Source of the DNA: an uncultured Candidatus Poseidoniales archaeon
GTDB taxonomy: Archaea > Thermoplasmatota > Poseidoniia > Poseidoniales > Poseidoniaceae
DNA length: 64,000 bases
NCBI GenBank assembly: GCA_964613395.1
Contig: CAZTGO010000006.1
Location: 3,764-67,763, forward strand
Reading direction: 5' to 3'
The position numbers and the translations under genes were made by a program. Of this stretch, positions 28,401 through 36,999 are shown in pieces. The notes under the pieces were generated by a model. That model was not told the origin of the DNA. It saw only the letters and a program-made list of their open reading frames with translations, and did no database searches. Every line of letters begins with the position of its first letter. The first letter of the stretch is position 1.

Positions 28401-28764
28401 ACCTCAATTCCCCAGTTGAATTCGAAACTTCAACATCGTTAAATGTTCCATTCCACGAAGTATTTGCTGCTAAACCAAATGTTGTCGTATCCATTGAGTA
28501 AAGTTCGGGAATTGGTTCGACATTCATTGTACCGTTCATAAACGTGTGATTCGCAGGTATGGTGATAAGAGTTGAATCGAGCACATCGACTGAAGATGTC
28601 GTCGTGTTTGTGTTGTATGTGGCAGAGGTTTGGTGTGGTGAGGTCTTTTCATTTGAGAATGAAATGAGTGCATTCGAATACACAGAAAGACACATGAGAA
28701 GAACCAAGAAGAGAGCATTCAATCTCAAGGATTTTGAAGGATTTTTGTGGCTGCATGTCCTCAA
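22456..28764 (-). CDS. Giant (2102 aa) membrane-anchored surface protein with repeated jelly-roll (MAM/immune-inhibitor-A-like) domains and C-terminal CARDB/Ig domain
   Basis: Signal peptide and repeated GW[FY]IDN/DD-type domain ends. CARDB-like VGQELSIDIDIVNPG...WTIEAWKEG. C-terminal TM followed by RRNR. Confidence 0.8.
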   Translation of the reverse strand: MRTCSHKNPSKSLRLNALFLVLLMCLSVYSNALISFSNEKTSPHQTSATYNTNTTTSSVDVLDSTLITIPANHTFMNGTMNVEPIPELYSMDTTTFGLAANTSWNGTFNDVEVSNSTGELRLAVQEIRGESTDFESLTLQPEGWFSIGQNHTIWEVVDLANNTLSTDMAHPSQGTDGMYSLSTTSSGNLSSSMYTCIQSPTLSTPNMFRNYSFSFDSWTSLLDSDAAWIEFRNVSTWQVVSPQEGYQNSTTGLVYAPQTANSGESNQWLRHSILLDDVLVATSTDFQLRFCIETSTQTDQRGGWFIDNISLENEGDARGAWIHGNLSGDYAPNAYGIMYLEADLSGLSGQLEFEFWANWDIEGASSDELSTWYSVDNGSNWQVISPIPGLPGWGFAHQGVTYRMESYGWIPVRYALPTNLSSHQNASQILFSFQVNTDAVKNFGGSFSEDWEGMVIDDVAIWAGRNSPSPVRRVISNFSSQPSQTIGDPSGWKNTSTTLINEWQWTNSLGNNGPTSRQFSFENPVVAPAGWSILSNGKTGWEIGLTANTSGYGPGAFSSGSNGAAINLVTRYTNNLYTHLISPEFVVPDNASARLQFNSWMCAEANWDGGTVSISTDDGASWWYIPDSVPDFHDQISTVNPYSPHYMLGIIDGSNVQGGNCIQNRPQQFIPKSFEMNNISGQHIRARFSFFSDQYLEYDGWYIDDIDFEVEVFQQTGQWTSTSISPDQHYGYGLLDGWYDIPTGTDISVTLLDHQGQQIPDYVGRKLPLPVLIDPVEYPSVQVQIHFESEDEYLTPTIHSLHLGPQHFIQSAELSQLSGTFSNDGFVSLQQQELRVNEFSVCPFSHLNLVTYGWNASWTDDEMFNSSWWNNQDKNGERQYNYSSSIARTVLTLRLKFEQNQAFERAVITPTCVLFPTNISIEFDKTSEHLFSWPPDSIPSSLGLSTSFFLDGQTSPVSATDDIPVSAQSNISLSYILPLSALPNTHNQYGFVHVTTNFSSNSILTVSTNQVDVTAGRNSFYIPIQQHCPNTITQIYIESTNAQTQTCEMRIESNAEGTIKINRFFHYHQHSTFALSLSHQILEDAKIASYQGGNYEMIGIPIAIESSNAGVRLNATTVQLPMFIESVESSTIDQWLPNREVEITTYHSRVNPAQTTNDAPDIASIVLSLGSSSNIDSSFVVVEVDQIDSAPRFRQHSGLGLAALQPSIISCQLNACEVKWKFKSSWLLDDVDDVHYFLTSTDSNGMYAGPFHSFTNTQLNQIENDLEIVELSITDTLGRSIGDWTDPMWPFHVQPSSSMEVTGKVRFDGTSNIWVGSNEAEITIRLQAVPPINASGGQPEWPENPIDFARYWTGEVDENGRFSIDIESPSHEDDLPSNTWFKVQAYISRCGPESQTMTTSLDRTQTISEIRFLHDSSPPSFVELDVLDPTGRVSLDGHIWMEGQNIPVRLFIEDDEGLSSNIEVRTWFEYRDDDNNDGIMDVDEYQSLWVSVNKGQTSAEIDLPLISWNEILAPTAQIGKASLVVYAFDLAGNSIQFGGFEGEESDAATFEVHRRSDTIVQIDDFQFDIEGGHLLPGYLHSFTAVLTEGNGLESLDSVRFHLMSGENLQSCYIHFLPRYNNLNFDESCFEEQPRVEIVQRTPSSTFEVKFSFRLAWQRVANLPEKSYLPSFAVHDEGSSLPIGFSTMERYRWMAERAVDLRIDLIEDETGSQGGIYDDTLTVTTGDVVNTTIGLYYNSSLIQAEFLPSTGSIKWILSDGERQRVGQVNLTDIGQYSIPIVMEAIVLVQDDGTLSFSLEGMDEWNTSTIHLNVLMDEDAPRGELPQGIFENLRSNALDNVELIFVVNDDGGIGIHETLMFVELYRAGKPVDGMHRMFVLDGETTGSTRVTFEQHVNLSFSDVEFQRGDSFEIWFQVIDNAGYEMTGLGSENQPYRFGITLVAFEPAFQDILVNPYRAKVGQELSIDIDIVNPGLLAGSTTLILRNDEGRILNSTDLALDSGQTERISWTIEAWKEGRLGLTIELENKTPRIPIPMASIEPYQEEDSSSGMINAGLSILGIIILAFLVIIRRNRNVEKWFDHVNFDETTQFSGEQEYANQSEEE

Positions 28765-28882
28765 TATGCCCCCTCCTCGAGTATGGAGACGAGGTCTTCC
28801 ATTTCAATGACTGTGTTTAGCGCATCGAATTCCCGTTGATTCAATCCCGAGAATTCAAATCCTGTGGTGAGCAGCGTTTATC

Positions 28883-29851
28883 ATGGCGTCGAAACGTTTC
28901 CTGACAGACGAACAGGCGCACGAAATTGAAGAACAATTATTTTCAACAAACCGCCTTCAATCCGACAGAAAACTACCAGTACCTCTTCCTCGACCTGATT
29001 TTTGGCAAATGATTCGAAAGCTGCTGGCTGACCTCGACCTCGAGATTCAAGAATTGCTACGTAAAGGAAGTCGAGATATGCGATTGCAGAACCGTCAGAG
29101 AAAACAATCCAATATTCGACGCATTGCTTCAGACCTCGCCCGTCGAAGAATGGTTGCAATGATGCAATATGTTGCGTCGCAATCCATTCGAAGCACTGAT
29201 CTTCGAGAAGATGTACATGCCCTACCACCTATGGATTGGCAACGACATGACCCTGCGGAAAAGGCCTTTTTTCTGGCGATTCAAAACGAAATTGATAGAT
29301 TCAAGAAAGAAATTGACTGGTTAAGCATTCAACAAGGTATTGAGGGTGAGATTTTTTCGGATGAGCAACCATCTCCTGTCGCCCGTGGCACCATGCAATT
29401 GGATGCATATATGGAGCAAGGTAAGCAGTTAACAAATCAACCACCACCAGTCCTTGCTTTTGAAGATCATGAGCCTGAAATTATCGAATTTGATGTTGAT
29501 GAAGAAGACAGAATTTTGCAAGAGCCTGAATGGCCAGAATTCAATGAGTATGATATTGAAGAGTCTCAGCAAAGAACTGATACAAGTACAATGCCTCAAA
29601 CAAGTCAGATAGCACCTGAACTCGCTCCTTCGGCTTCTTCAAAAGGTATTCCTGAATCTATACAAGAACCTGTGGTTGAATCACAGGAAGACGATGTTGT
29701 ACGAATTCGAATTCTTGAATCAAGCGATGAACCAATTATGGACGAAAAGGGTAACGAAATCGAATTGCATGTTGGCGATGTTCACATGCTCGATGGTGAT
29801 ACAGCTCAGTGGCTTATTGACACAGGCCTTGCCGAAAACGCCCAACTTTGA
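28883..29851 (+). CDS. GINS complex subunit (Gins51-like, A domain-linker-B domain)
   Basis: Helical N-domain (LPRPDFWQ...RRIASDLARRRM...AEKAFF) and C-terminal B-domain VRIRILES...ELHVGDVHMLDGDTAQWLIDTGLAE. Confidence 0.65.
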   Translation: MASKRFLTDEQAHEIEEQLFSTNRLQSDRKLPVPLPRPDFWQMIRKLLADLDLEIQELLRKGSRDMRLQNRQRKQSNIRRIASDLARRRMVAMMQYVASQSIRSTDLREDVHALPPMDWQRHDPAEKAFFLAIQNEIDRFKKEIDWLSIQQGIEGEIFSDEQPSPVARGTMQLDAYMEQGKQLTNQPPPVLAFEDHEPEIIEFDVDEEDRILQEPEWPEFNEYDIEESQQRTDTSTMPQTSQIAPELAPSASSKGIPESIQEPVVESQEDDVVRIRILESSDEPIMDEKGNEIELHVGDVHMLDGDTAQWLIDTGLAENAQL

Positions 29852-29867
29852 TTGGAGCAATGTGAAT

Positions 29868-30197
29868 TCAATTTGCACTTCGCATTGAGATTTCAATGCT
29901 CACTGTGTCAGGGATTGGAACTCGGGCAATACGTCGGAGTGCTGCTTCATCTTTATTCGATGTGAGGTCCATTTCCAAGAGTCGCTTATGAACTCGCATT
30001 TCCCAATGGTCATAGGTTTCGCTACCTTCACCATCAGGAGCTTTTCGTACGGGGACGACGAGTCGACGTGTTGGGAGAGGGATAGGTCCACGGAGTTTGA
30101 TACCGTCTGCATCGCAAATCATTTTGATTTGACTTGCGACAAGGTCGATATCGCTGTGATTCTCACCAGTGAGTTTGATGACGGTCACAGCTGCCAT
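29868..30197 (-). CDS. rpsJ: 30S ribosomal protein S10
   Basis: LRGPIPLPTRRLVVPVRKAPDGEGSETYDHWEMRVHKRL. Confidence 0.97.
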   Translation of the reverse strand: MAAVTVIKLTGENHSDIDLVASQIKMICDADGIKLRGPIPLPTRRLVVPVRKAPDGEGSETYDHWEMRVHKRLLEMDLTSNKDEAALRRIARVPIPDTVSIEISMRSAN

Positions 30198-30241
30198 GTG
30201 ATTTTCCCTTCCTCTTCACGTTAACTTGTTGTGTGATTGAA

Positions 30242-31531
30242 TCACTTCTTTTCGATCTTCAAACAAACGCCAGCGGCGACGGTCTTACCCATATCTCGAA
30301 TTGCGAATCGAGAAAGTTCTGGGAAGGTATCCATCTGTTCAATAGCCATTGGCTTTGTTGGTTGGAATCGAATCAAACAAGCGTCACCTGTCTTGAGGAA
30401 TGATGGGTTTGGCTCTTTACCTGCTTTGCTGGTCTTTTCAAGGAGTTCCATGAATTTCACAGCGACTTGAGCAGTGTGTGCGTGGAATACAGGAGTGTAT
30501 CCGACGGAAACAACCTTTGGAATGTCCATAAGTTGAATTTGTCCAACGAAGCATTCGTCGTGTCGTACGAATGTTGGTGCGTTGTCAGCGTATCCTGCAA
30601 CGTCACCACGTCGGATGTCAGTTGTAGCGAGGCCACGAACGTTGAATCCGACGTTGTCGCCTGGACCTGCACTTGGCACGATGGTGTGGTGCATTTCGAT
30701 AGACTTCACTTCAGCAGACTTTTGGGACGGGTTGAACACAACAGTCTTACCTGTGTTGAGTGTACCTGTTTCAATTTTACCGACTGGAACGGTACCGATA
30801 CCGCCAATCTTGTAAACATCTTGAATTGGTAGTCGAAGTGGCTTGTCAACTGGCTTGTTTGGTTCTGCCATTGCATCGATTGCTTCGAACAATGTTGGTC
30901 CGTTGTACCATGGGCACTTGTCGGACTTGTTGAACACATTGTCGCCGTTGAGAGATGATGCAGGGATCATTGGAACATCGTCTGGTTTGAAGCCAGCTCG
31001 CTTGAGGAGTTGAGAAACCTCATCGCATGCAGATTTGTACTTGTCTTCGCTCCAGTCAACACCAGAAATATCCATCTTGTTGACGTGGACGATAAGTCCG
31101 CTGACACCGAGAACTTTTGCGAGGAAAGCGTGTTCTCGAGTTTGAGCGTTTACACCGTCGTTTGCTGCACAGAGAAGAACCGCTGTGTCAGCTTGGGATG
31201 CACCGGTAATCATGTTCTTCACGAAGTCTCGGTGACCTGGTGCATCGATAATTGTCCAGTACCACTTTGGTGTAAAGAACTCTTTGTGTGCTACGTCGAT
31301 TGTAATTCCACGCTCACGTTCTTCCTTTAGACCGTCCATAACGTATGCAAGTCCGAAACCAGCTTTACCTGATTCTGCTGCAAGTTTTTCGTTCTTTTCG
31401 ATAACGTGTGCTTCGATGTGGCCTGAATCGAGGAGAAGTCGACCGACTGTGGTTGACTTACCGTGATCAACGTGACCAATAAACACAATATTACGATGTG
31501 GCTTACTCTTGTCTTCCCATTCTGATGGCAT
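30242..31531 (-). CDS. tuf: Elongation factor 1-alpha (aEF-1A)
   Basis: [63 protein letters not shown]. Confidence 0.98.
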   Translation of the reverse strand: MPSEWEDKSKPHRNIVFIGHVDHGKSTTVGRLLLDSGHIEAHVIEKNEKLAAESGKAGFGLAYVMDGLKEERERGITIDVAHKEFFTPKWYWTIIDAPGHRDFVKNMITGASQADTAVLLCAANDGVNAQTREHAFLAKVLGVSGLIVHVNKMDISGVDWSEDKYKSACDEVSQLLKRAGFKPDDVPMIPASSLNGDNVFNKSDKCPWYNGPTLFEAIDAMAEPNKPVDKPLRLPIQDVYKIGGIGTVPVGKIETGTLNTGKTVVFNPSQKSAEVKSIEMHHTIVPSAGPGDNVGFNVRGLATTDIRRGDVAGYADNAPTFVRHDECFVGQIQLMDIPKVVSVGYTPVFHAHTAQVAVKFMELLEKTSKAGKEPNPSFLKTGDACLIRFQPTKPMAIEQMDTFPELSRFAIRDMGKTVAAGVCLKIEKK

Positions 31532-31623
31532 AATAATCGCTCCTTAGCAAACCATCCGAAATACAACCCCTATTTGAATACCGCGATTGAGGAAATGGGG
31601 TTTCTTGGGCTAAAATTGAGGTT

Positions 31624-33075
31624 CTACTCGTCGCTTTTGACCAACCCATCCTCTGAGATTCGGTACAATCGAAGCGTGCTCGTGCTTCCTGTAATGGCTT
31701 TGGGGCTGCCTGATATTGCAATGACTTTGTCACCTGCACGCAGGCGGCCATCTGAGAAAAGTGATTCAATTGCTTTTTTCATAGTTGCAGAGCCACGTTC
31801 ATCTTCTTCAACTTGAACTGTGTCGACACCCGAGAGCATACAAGTTCTTCTCAAGGCACGAATTCGGTTGCTGACTGCAGTGACAGGCACCTCTGGACGA
31901 TATCCTGCAACGAGTCGAGGTGCATTGCCGTGTTCGGTTGCAACGACAATGCGTGAAGCACCTGAGATTTCCGCAAGCAATACTCCAGCGTGTGCAATCG
32001 CTCTTGTACTTCGGAATCGAGCGAGTGCGGTTGGTCGATTACCTGTGGTTGCGAAAGATTGTTCGGTGGAGGTTGCAATTCGAGCCATCGTCTCCACGGC
32101 AAGTTCAGGATATGAGCCTACAGCCGTCTCTCCGGAGAGCATCACACATGAGGCCCCTTGACGAATTGCTGAAGATACATCGGTTACTTCGGCACGAGTC
32201 GGCCGGGGATTTTGAGTCATCGTTTCGAGCATTTGAGTTGCAACAATGGAAACCATCCCTCGCTCAATAGCCTTCGATATGATGAGTTCTTGGGCGATAG
32301 GGACATCCTCAAGTGGAATTTCAACACCCAAATCACCACGAGCAACCATGACAGCTTGGCAATGATCAAGGATTTCATCGAGATTCTCGAGGGCAAGTGG
32401 GTGTTCTATTTTTGCGATAATGGGTGTGTGAAGACCCGATGCTGCAATGAATTCTTTCACGGGAACAACATCATTTGCAGTTCGCACATAACTCACTGCC
32501 ACATAATCAGCTTCGCAACGGAGAGCATGTTCTAGGGCCTTTTCATCCTTGGGACCGAAAGCAGGCACGTTCAGTAAAGTACCCGGAAAATTCAAACCTT
32601 TTCCAGAACTCACTTCTCCTCCGTTCTTCACAATGCATGAAATGACCTTATCATCGACCGCTTCAACAATAATTTCGACGAGTCCATCTGCGATAAGAAT
32701 CGAAGCTCCCGGCTTAATTTGGCTCTCAATCCCATCGATTTCGACAGGAAGTATTCCATCATAATCACCTGCACGTTTTGATTGACCGATGTGTAGGCTA
32801 ACGTTTGTACCGTTCTCGAGATGAACTGGCTGGTCGATCATTCCCAAACGAATCTTTGGACCAGGGAGGTCTGCCAAAATGCATGTTGGCCGACCTAATT
32901 CGCTTTCAAGGGAGCGAATCGTTGTGTAGAGTTCTGTTTTGTCATCTGGTTCACCGTGAGAATAATTGAGTCGAAAAACATCTGCACCTGCTTGAAGAAG
33001 GTTGAGGATTTTCTCTTTTGAGGATGATGCGGGACCAAGAGTTGAAACAATTCGAGTTTTCTTCACGATATTCAC
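31624..33075 (-). CDS. pyk: Pyruvate kinase
   Basis: TRIVSTLGPAS, RLNYSHG, DLPGPKIR, AKIE, VARGDLGVE, ATQMLETM, PTRAEVTD, MLSGETAVG. Confidence 0.97.
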   Translation of the reverse strand: MNIVKKTRIVSTLGPASSSKEKILNLLQAGADVFRLNYSHGEPDDKTELYTTIRSLESELGRPTCILADLPGPKIRLGMIDQPVHLENGTNVSLHIGQSKRAGDYDGILPVEIDGIESQIKPGASILIADGLVEIIVEAVDDKVISCIVKNGGEVSSGKGLNFPGTLLNVPAFGPKDEKALEHALRCEADYVAVSYVRTANDVVPVKEFIAASGLHTPIIAKIEHPLALENLDEILDHCQAVMVARGDLGVEIPLEDVPIAQELIISKAIERGMVSIVATQMLETMTQNPRPTRAEVTDVSSAIRQGASCVMLSGETAVGSYPELAVETMARIATSTEQSFATTGNRPTALARFRSTRAIAHAGVLLAEISGASRIVVATEHGNAPRLVAGYRPEVPVTAVSNRIRALRRTCMLSGVDTVQVEEDERGSATMKKAIESLFSDGRLRAGDKVIAISGSPKAITGSTSTLRLYRISEDGLVKSDE

Positions 33076-33080
33076 CAGTC

Positions 33081-34271
33081 TTACTTGTAATAGAGACGAA
33101 TGACAAAAGATTCTACAGCCAAATCGTTGATCTTATCGTTTTGAAGAGTAATCGTCCATTCACCATCTCCGTAGGTTGAGTCTGATTCAGTAAAGAGGTA
33201 AGATGAAAGCGTAAGGTGGATGCAATCGTTTGTGTCTTCATCACAATCACCATCAGTTCTCTGGTCAACACTTGTCTCGGTGGTGTTTGCCGCTTCATCA
33301 TCCTCTTCATTGTACGCGTAAATGTCTAACTTTGCTCTACAATTATTGGTTCCAAGAACATCGGTACAATCGTTATCTTGTTGAGGGTATGTGAGTTCGG
33401 CAACCGCTTTTCGAATCGTGTTACCTCTGTCCTTGTCGTACACGATTTTCACATCAAAATCTTCCTCAACAGTATTGCCTGAGTTGTTGCCAGCCATTTC
33501 GAAATCGAGCCAATAGCCAGCATAGGACACATAGACTCGAATCGTATCTGTATCGACAAATCCAACGTCGTTTGTCACCGTTAGAGCGATTTCATATTCG
33601 CCTGGTTCAACATTCTCCCATTGAATTGTCTCGCCTGACAAGTCGGCATCGTTCTCGCTATCTCCGTCGGAGTCGGCATCATCATCGAGGTCCAGGTCCC
33701 AGTGCCACGAAGTAATGTATTGGGACGGGTCACCAGAGTTTGAATCTGAACCATCGAGTTCAATGTTGATTGTTGCATCGATTGAACGGTCTGACATTTC
33801 TTTGTCCCGTTCACAGATCCAAACGACAATGTGTGTATTTTCACTGATTGCCTCATCTTCGCAGTCTTCTGCATCACTGTATTGTGCGATGTTCGCAACC
33901 GGAGGTTCGGCCCCAGCCTCACCAATGGTGATCGATTTTGATGTTTCTTGAGATCTTGAACCATCGGAAATCGTCAATGTGACTTCAAACGTTCCTGCAC
34001 TCTGAAATGTCCACTCTGCTGTTCGCCCTGTTTCATCGATGGAGTCATCAGCATCAAAGTCCCACCTGTATGTTAGGGATCCGTCGGATGGTGTAGAACT
34101 TGACGCATCAAAATACACGAGGTCGCCGACTCGGATATTTGAGTTCGGTGAGAATTTAATGACTGGAAATAATTCCTCTTGAGTATTATCATCTTCACCG
34201 GAAAAAAGGCAACCCGATAGCGAACTCATAGCGAGAAGAAATACAAGCAACACAGTGGACGAACTTCGCAT
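33081..34271 (-). CDS. PKD-domain lipoprotein-like surface protein
   Basis: Lipobox-like LSGC. PKD motifs FDASSS...YRWDFD...FQSAGTFEVTLTISD and WHWDLD...PGEYEIALTVTN. Asp-rich loops. Confidence 0.8.
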   Translation of the reverse strand: MRSSSTVLLVFLLAMSSLSGCLFSGEDDNTQEELFPVIKFSPNSNIRVGDLVYFDASSSTPSDGSLTYRWDFDADDSIDETGRTAEWTFQSAGTFEVTLTISDGSRSQETSKSITIGEAGAEPPVANIAQYSDAEDCEDEAISENTHIVVWICERDKEMSDRSIDATINIELDGSDSNSGDPSQYITSWHWDLDLDDDADSDGDSENDADLSGETIQWENVEPGEYEIALTVTNDVGFVDTDTIRVYVSYAGYWLDFEMAGNNSGNTVEEDFDVKIVYDKDRGNTIRKAVAELTYPQQDNDCTDVLGTNNCRAKLDIYAYNEEDDEAANTTETSVDQRTDGDCDEDTNDCIHLTLSSYLFTESDSTYGDGEWTITLQNDKINDLAVESFVIRLYYK

Positions 34272-34321
34272 TATAGTGATGGTCGTAGGGACTTCATCAA
34301 AATACCTTTTGTTGAGTGTAT

Positions 34322-36964
34322 CTAAAACGAGAAGAGGGAGGACTGCCGGCTCCCTTGCATGAGGTCTTTAGCAGTCCATCCAAATGCTTCAGTGATTCGA
34401 CCTAGGGCCGTAGCAAGTCGTTCTGCGTAGTATGTACCGTCGTAAGAAAGGGATTCTTCCTCATCCCACCAGGGTTTCACAGTGACTGGGCTTTTCGAAC
34501 CGTCCTCGACGATAAACGATACTTTCATTCCGGAAGTGAATCCAAGGCCTCGCTCAATCATTTGCCTTGCAACTCGTACTTGGGCCATGCTGTCGGGGTT
34601 CGCATATTCTGCTGCAAAATCGACATCTCTCAAGCTTGTCACAGGCGTCTTGAGCACCTTGCCTTTGCACGATTTCGATAAAACGAGTTGGGCCACATCA
34701 ACTTGATTCCTCTTGAGAGCGTGAACCTGCTCGATGGCAAACGCTACCAACTCATCGCGCTGGTCCTTGAGGACAAATTGAAATAATGTATTCATCGAGT
34801 CGATAAGAAATTGGAATGAGTCTGTTCGTTGAGTTTCATACCCTCTGACCAACATCTCCTCATTTGGCCAAATAACTTGCCCGAGGTAGCGTTTCTTCGC
34901 ACCATGGCTAAAAAAGACGGACAGCCCTTTTTCAAATTCTAAAACCGCTGAATCTTTTGAAAAACGTTGGGCCAATTGTGTTCCAAATTCAAACATCGTC
35001 GATGTATGCAGGTTCAAATCGACGCTCTCGGCATCATTTGATGAAAAATATGCAACTCCTTGGAGTTCGGGCACCTGAACAAAAATAGAGTCTGTATCAG
35101 AATAGACCACGCTGAGTCCTTCCTGTTCAAGTGAGGTGATGACACCTTTGATATTCTGACGTGCCCATGCGGTGATAGATGAACCCAAATCTCGGTGCGT
35201 GAAGCGATAAAAACCACTTGCAAAGACTCCGTAAAACGAGTTCATGAGAATCTTGACAGCATATTGCATGGCGTCGTGAAAACCAACTGCTGCGGCGTCA
35301 TCTTGCTGTTTTGCGATGCCTAGGGCTCGTTTATGTTCATCTCTTTTTTCCATCAACCCTTCGAGGAGAAAGGGGACGAGGCCTTTCTTTTCCTCTGATG
35401 TCATGAACATCGCTCCTGTGGGTGCTTTGTGATGAGGCGGAGGCGAAGGTTCCGATGGTTCTATCCTCGTCGTGTAACAAATATTTTTTCCAATCATAAT
35501 CGAAGGATACATGCTCTTGAAATCTAGAACGGCCACCCATGGATACAGACCTGCGTCCACGTCATGAACATAGCCCCCGGTGATTTGACCTTCTTTTGGT
35601 TCAGCCGAACCTGTTCGCGGTACTGCAACCATCTTTTTGTCTGCCAGACGAATGACCAATGAATCGATCAGTTGACTTGTGCTTCCATTTGTTGCCGTAT
35701 CCATAACCACTCGGGCAACAGATGCAACTGCTTCCGTCCTTCGTACAGCCTGAATTTCGTTTAAAATATCGAGAGGGAGTTCAGCATCTCGCACACAGTA
35801 CTCGATGACCTCTTCCCGCCGATTTGCCCATTCCTCATCCATGTTTGAGGCATCAATATCCATTTTGTGTTTTCCTTCTTGTTCTGGAAAGAGAAGTTGG
35901 GCAACAAAGGAAAGTGTTTCTCTTTTTGGACGGAGTGCTTGCCTTGCTTGCCACCATGCATCCATAAAAATTCGGCCACAGACCGTCCATGACCGATTTG
36001 AGAGTCGTTGTGGAATGAGACCGTCTCGGTTTCTGCTTGCTTCTTGTTCGGTTTGAGCACATCGACCCCAACCAAAAAATTCTGATTGGCGTTGCCATTC
36101 TCCTCTCTTAGAATGACGCATCATTCGTTCCTTAATTCTAGGAAGGTCGAAATTATCAATGTTGTATCCAGTGATAATATCCGGGTCATGTTCGTGTATG
36201 TATGAAGTCATACTCGCCAAGATTTCTGTCTCTTGACCTACGAACACCTTGTGCGTTCGCCTTGAGCCATCATTTGCCTCTATCCAAGCCGCACCACATA
36301 AAATCGAATTGTTTTCGATGCTTGTTTCCAAGTCAAATGAACAAATGGTGAAGGGAACGGGAAATGGTTCACAGGTCGTTATTTGTTCAATGCCTATTTC
36401 ATAGGCAACGTCAACTCTGAACTCATGCTCGAGAATTGGCTCTGCTTGTATTTCAACATGCATGGCAAGGTCAAGGTCGAGAAAGAGCCGATTCACGAAG
36501 GGTATATCGGCTGAGTACAAGGTGAAGTTCATCGATTCCAATTTTTTCCGAAGTGACGGTACGTGAAATGGCTGTGTTGCCCTAACCGTCCAAACAGGTC
36601 TTTGTCCAAAATGTGTCCACTTCATCACCGGACCAGTGACTTCCTCAACATGTTCGAGGACATTGACGGCGTCGATCAGTTGCTGATGTTCCGGAGTTAT
36701 TTCGTCGATTGAGTCAATGTGGACCGAGGAAAATTCGAATGTTGGGCATAATCCAGATACGCTCACAACAACCGATTTTCCTTCGCTTGAACGGCCAAAT
36801 AGATCGATGATTGTTGAGGAATCGTCTCCCTCGCCAACCGCTCGATAACGACCTGTAAGAATTCCAATCTTTGTTGACGACATGCTCAAATGAAGGCATG
36901 CACCCATTGTCTTAGAACTCACCGATATGCTTTCATGAAGTTGAGAAAGTGGAATTTTTCTCAA
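34322..36964 (-). CDS. polB: Family B DNA polymerase (likely start 36883)
   Basis: Exo I SFDLETS, Exo II YNIDNFD, Exo III YCVRDA. Pol A DFKSMYPS, Pol B KILMNSFYG, Pol C YSDTDS. Confidence 0.96.
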   Translation of the reverse strand: MRKIPLSQLHESISVSSKTMGACLHLSMSSTKIGILTGRYRAVGEGDDSSTIIDLFGRSSEGKSVVVSVSGLCPTFEFSSVHIDSIDEITPEHQQLIDAVNVLEHVEEVTGPVMKWTHFGQRPVWTVRATQPFHVPSLRKKLESMNFTLYSADIPFVNRLFLDLDLAMHVEIQAEPILEHEFRVDVAYEIGIEQITTCEPFPVPFTICSFDLETSIENNSILCGAAWIEANDGSRRTHKVFVGQETEILASMTSYIHEHDPDIITGYNIDNFDLPRIKERMMRHSKRGEWQRQSEFFGWGRCAQTEQEASRNRDGLIPQRLSNRSWTVCGRIFMDAWWQARQALRPKRETLSFVAQLLFPEQEGKHKMDIDASNMDEEWANRREEVIEYCVRDAELPLDILNEIQAVRRTEAVASVARVVMDTATNGSTSQLIDSLVIRLADKKMVAVPRTGSAEPKEGQITGGYVHDVDAGLYPWVAVLDFKSMYPSIMIGKNICYTTRIEPSEPSPPPHHKAPTGAMFMTSEEKKGLVPFLLEGLMEKRDEHKRALGIAKQQDDAAAVGFHDAMQYAVKILMNSFYGVFASGFYRFTHRDLGSSITAWARQNIKGVITSLEQEGLSVVYSDTDSIFVQVPELQGVAYFSSNDAESVDLNLHTSTMFEFGTQLAQRFSKDSAVLEFEKGLSVFFSHGAKKRYLGQVIWPNEEMLVRGYETQRTDSFQFLIDSMNTLFQFVLKDQRDELVAFAIEQVHALKRNQVDVAQLVLSKSCKGKVLKTPVTSLRDVDFAAEYANPDSMAQVRVARQMIERGLGFTSGMKVSFIVEDGSKSPVTVKPWWDEEESLSYDGTYYAERLATALGRITEAFGWTAKDLMQGSRQSSLFSF

Positions 36965-36999
36965 TACTTTGACCCGAAATCATTGAAAGCCGAACCTTT

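Noticed and set aside
22456-28764. Giant protein as an M6 metalloprotease
   Set aside because: No HExxH motif was found in the translation.
34322-36964. Intein or inactivation in PolB
   Set aside because: All exonuclease and polymerase motifs are intact, with normal spacing and no intein signature.
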